64,000 nucleotides of DNA from Lingula anatina (Eukaryota; Animalia; Brachiopoda): contig CM120640.1 in assembly GCA_051362555.1 (NCBI GenBank), positions 53,918,788 to 53,982,787 on the forward strand, in the 5' to 3' direction. This document shows, piece by piece, positions 60,801 to 64,000 of this stretch (the first letter of the stretch is position 1; each line of letters begins with the position of its first letter). The position numbers and the translations under genes were made by a program. Under the pieces are notes generated by a model, which worked only from the letters and a program-made list of their open reading frames with translations, was not told the DNA's origin and did no database searches.

Positions 60801-63775
60801 TATTGTTGTCATTACCACCAACTTTTCATTCTTTGATTAGAGGAAAAAATCGTTTGAATAGATTACCAAAAGCCAGTGACTTTGACTGGTTTTAAACAAT
60901 ATATCCTTGTGCTACTTATTTTGATTAGAAAAAATTAGATTTCGAATGATTATCTTTGCTTATTTAGGAAAAATCCAAAACAAAAATCAAAGGGAAATTT
61001 TGGCAGTTTGGCCAGTGAAGAACAGTCCAATGTCCATAAAACCACATGGAAACAAGAGCAAGTCTTTATGGCAGAAAAATATGGGAAGCAGGTGGATCAT
61101 CATGGAGAAGATGAAGTGGAAAATCAAAGCAATTCACAAGAAGATTTGTTCCCATGTAGTCAGAATACAAACCAAAGAGGTACTAACATGGCTTAAACTT
61201 CAAAGAAAGTAAAGATACTGTATACAGCATTTCCAGATGACACAACATTTTGATAAAGCATCATTAGTTTTTAAGAAAAATTATCAGTGCTTTTAAAGAG
61301 GGATTATTCTTTTGTTTCCGGTGTCCATAGTTGCCACTCCATCAGAATACATGGGTTCCTTACAGTTTTCACAACATGAGGTTCTTGCCATGGACACTTT
61401 GGAATCTGACAGGTATTCATGCTGTTTATTGACCATCTTGCAGACCTGTCATCCTAAAGTTATCAGTTAAAAAAATATATTAGTTTTGTATCAGTAAGAA
61501 GAATTTGTCTGTGATTGCAATTTTTTATTTGGAAATTTTGCATTGACTTTGATATGGAAGAAATCATTTGTGGTAATCTTTTTAAATAGTATGCTTTAAA
61601 GACTCATAATTCAGTTTACACAATGTCTTCAACACTGATCATGCAAAAATGAATTTCCAAAAATTGAGATTGTTTTTGCAGCAGATGAAGTTTCAATGAA
61701 AACAACTTAATTCATTCTAAGTCAGTTAATGAACCAGATGAAAAAGAAATTGCCTAAATAGATTATAAAATAGAAGACCTTTGCCCATCAGTTTTATGAT
61801 GCCTGTTTATGAACCCTATTTGTGTACACAAATTATGTGTTAAGCAAACAAACTTACAATGTACACAAGTGCCAACATGTTTCTTTGATTTTGTGATTTT
61901 TACATTAACAGACCCCCATTTATATTTATGCTAGACTCGCCCTTCAAGAAATCGACGCCTTCAAGAAATCGACGAAAACCGGAAGTGCGTGTTTTTTGCA
62001 CTGTTTTTCCTGTCATGCCCATCGTAAACACTGTGTTGTCAAGTAAAACGAAGCGTCTGATACAAAGTATCAAACGCGGCATTCACGTGCTTGCTTGCGA
62101 TGCGTTCAGTACACTTTGTTTACACTGACAAGTCGAGGTCAGGAATGCACAATGTTTTCCTATGTAATTACGCAGTTTCAATTTTGATTAGTGAATTTTC
62201 TTTTATCTGCATGGTCATTTTCCGAACATTTGTATGAGCCACGAAATATTTCTCATCGGAAAATAACCCAGCAGCTTTCCAAGTAGAAGCGAGTGACGTC
62301 ATGACGCACTTCCGGTTTTCGTCGAGATCTTGAAGGGATAAGCGTTACGGTTTGCTGCACATTTAAAGCGTTCTGTCTCAAAATGTACTCAACTGCTTGG
62401 ATTGAAATTTACAGAACTTATTATTCACATGATATCACACATATGTGCTTAATTTGAGAGCTTTAGCTGTTATATGTTTTCTACAGTGCCCATTCAAATT
62501 TGAAAAAGAGCTATTTTCCATCGATTTCTTGAAGGGCAAGTCTATATTAAAAAAAAAATTACTTGTCAAATTTATTATTGTCTGTACATGTTCTTTTCAT
62601 ATATCTATTGGTTTCCCTTTTTATTATGTGCATGCAGCCAGTCAGTGAACTACATTCCACCATCTCCCGGAGCTTATGGGTCTGTTCCAGTCATTATACC
62701 AAGTTCTCCCACTGCTCTGTCAGGTTAGTAGATGGCAGTGTTGTCTTCACAAGGTTGATAAATGACCAGAGTGAATTAAGTCAAATAATGGCATTTGTAT
62801 AATGTTTTTAATAAGCATGTTTAGTAGTAAATTTCTTTAAGATAAATCTTTAATGAAGGGTATTGAACAGGATAAGGAATGTTTTAAATAGAGAAGAGAG
62901 GAAACAAAATGCTGAAGCCATGTTTAAATTTACTCACTTATTCAAGACATTTAGAGATGCGAATGTTATACTTGTATAAATAGATGATGAAACAGAAACA
63001 GCAACAGGTCTGGATTTGTCCTTAGCTAATTTGTCAAGCCTTCAGAAAATAAGACATTCAAGATCAAGGTCATTGGAGCAGAATCCTGTGGCTGATGCTC
63101 TTGACACCACTTTAATTTCAGTAAGTTATGCCATTTCTGATTGTGTGAGATATCACTTAAAATTTTAATTACATTGTGCCTAGAAAACGTAAATATATAA
63201 GGCTGTCTCTCAAATTGACACCGGCTCTTGAAATATTTTTTCATGTATGTAGCTTTGGCTTAGTGCCTTTAAAAACAATACAAATAGCCTTGCTTGTTTA
63301 CATAGTTACTAGGCCAATTCTATGAAAACTGAATGTTGAGATTTGTGTTCTTTTTAGAAGGTATGAATAGCTGATTTGCATTTGCTTTCCTTTTAGACAC
63401 TGGATGAGAATCACAGGCGTGTGGTCAGCCGCTGCCAAACAGACAAAAGTAAAGGAAGTAGTGCATCTGGAGAAAGCTACAGACATGATTCAGGAAATAT
63501 GGGGGTAAAATTTATAATTACTCATGTTTATTTTATTTTATTTTATTTCATTATTGGGTAGATTGTCATGTACTTGAATTAATTATTTAATCTTAATGTC
63601 TCTTCTTATACTTTGATATCAGTAAAATATTTAGGATGATTGTGTATGTTTATATGTATGTATGTGCCCACAATTGTTAATTCTGTTCTAGCATTGTCCA
63701 TCTTCTTTCCCTGTGGACATTGTTAGTATAGATGATGGACAGGAAGAAAGCATCATAGTGTTACAACAGAAAGAG
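57880..63775 (+). CDS. TP53BP1: Probable TP53-binding protein 1 ortholog, N-terminal disordered region (partial, continues beyond window)
   Basis: join(57880..58038,58276..58324,58819..59035,59285..59349,59559..59688,60001..60125,60655..60742,60968..61179,61331..61412,62638..62723,62984..63120,63397..63504,63692..63775): 13 phase-consistent, stop-free exons encoding an acidic S/T-rich chain. Colinear motifs ACLLVSSSQVEETQ, SQEDLF, VATPSE..LQFS and IPPSPGAYGSVPVIIPSSPT match remembered vertebrate 53BP1 motifs PCLIIEDSQPESQ, TQEDLF, ASTPA..LQLS and VAPSPDAFRSTPFIVPSSPT. Tudor/BRCT domains are not in the window and the next exon is unresolved. Confidence 0.72.
60283..60531. mobile_element. Diverged copy of the 26523 MITE
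   Basis: Shares acctaactc..ggggtt, accccctaacag, gtgagactcccca.gg.atagatcgatc and tgggaatgg. Confidence 0.6.
61925..62546 (+). mobile_element. Helentron-like non-autonomous element with a long internal inverted repeat
   Basis: 5' tagactcgcccttcaagaaatcga matches the reverse complement of 3' tcgatttcttgaagggcaagtcta. Internal inverted pair ccttcaagaaatcgacgaaaaccggaagtgcgt (~61958) / acgcacttccggttttcgtcgagatcttgaagg (~62304). Confidence 0.65.
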
Positions 63776-64000
63776 GTATGTTGGAGGAGCCTCCAACAAA
63801 AGATGAAAAAAAAAAGACATCTAGAAGTTGGGTTTATTTCCTTCCATGATCATACATTCATAGTGTTTCAGTCCCAATATAAGACCAGTCAATGAATGTA
63901 GTGCTGTTTAGTTTAGATTTAACAGAACCTCACCTCTTCACCCCACCACTCCTTAAACCTCTTACCAGGTAGACTGTTATTCTTAATTTTGATCTGTACT

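Noticed and set aside
63860-63970. Next exon of the 53BP1-like gene
   Set aside because: Candidate acceptors give in-frame stops in phase 0; it cannot be resolved at the window edge, so it is left out of the model.

Overview
AT-rich eukaryotic (invertebrate animal, probably protostome) genomic DNA with GT-AG spliceosomal introns. I assembled ten genes by hand, checking exon phases. They are: a 12-exon DDX49/Dbp8 DEAD-box helicase (+); two tandem 4-exon paralogs of a signal-peptide-bearing DUF4239/bestrophin-like membrane protein (-); a small 3-exon orphan protein with microtubule-inner-protein-like motifs (+); two tandem GH31 MYORG-like glycosidases (-); FEM1 (-) head-to-head with a RIP-type kinase ending in a coiled coil plus CARD (+); and RPS6 (-) head-to-head with the 5' part of a probable TP53BP1 ortholog (+). 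Introns and intergenic DNA carry many non-autonomous DNA transposons: Helentron-type elements with internal tandem arrays, hAT, Harbinger and Kolobok-type MITEs, and a 4.6 kb TTAA element with ~700 bp TIRs. The most notable observations are: (1) the animal DUF4239-like gene pair; (2) a chimeric MYORG copy whose C-terminus appears copied from its paralog, with what looks like the displaced original C-terminus still open just past the stop codon; (3) an invertebrate kinase-CARD (RIPK2-like) architecture; (4) a long-TIR transposon with homologous gene heads facing inward from both ends. Family assignments come from remembered motifs, not database searches.
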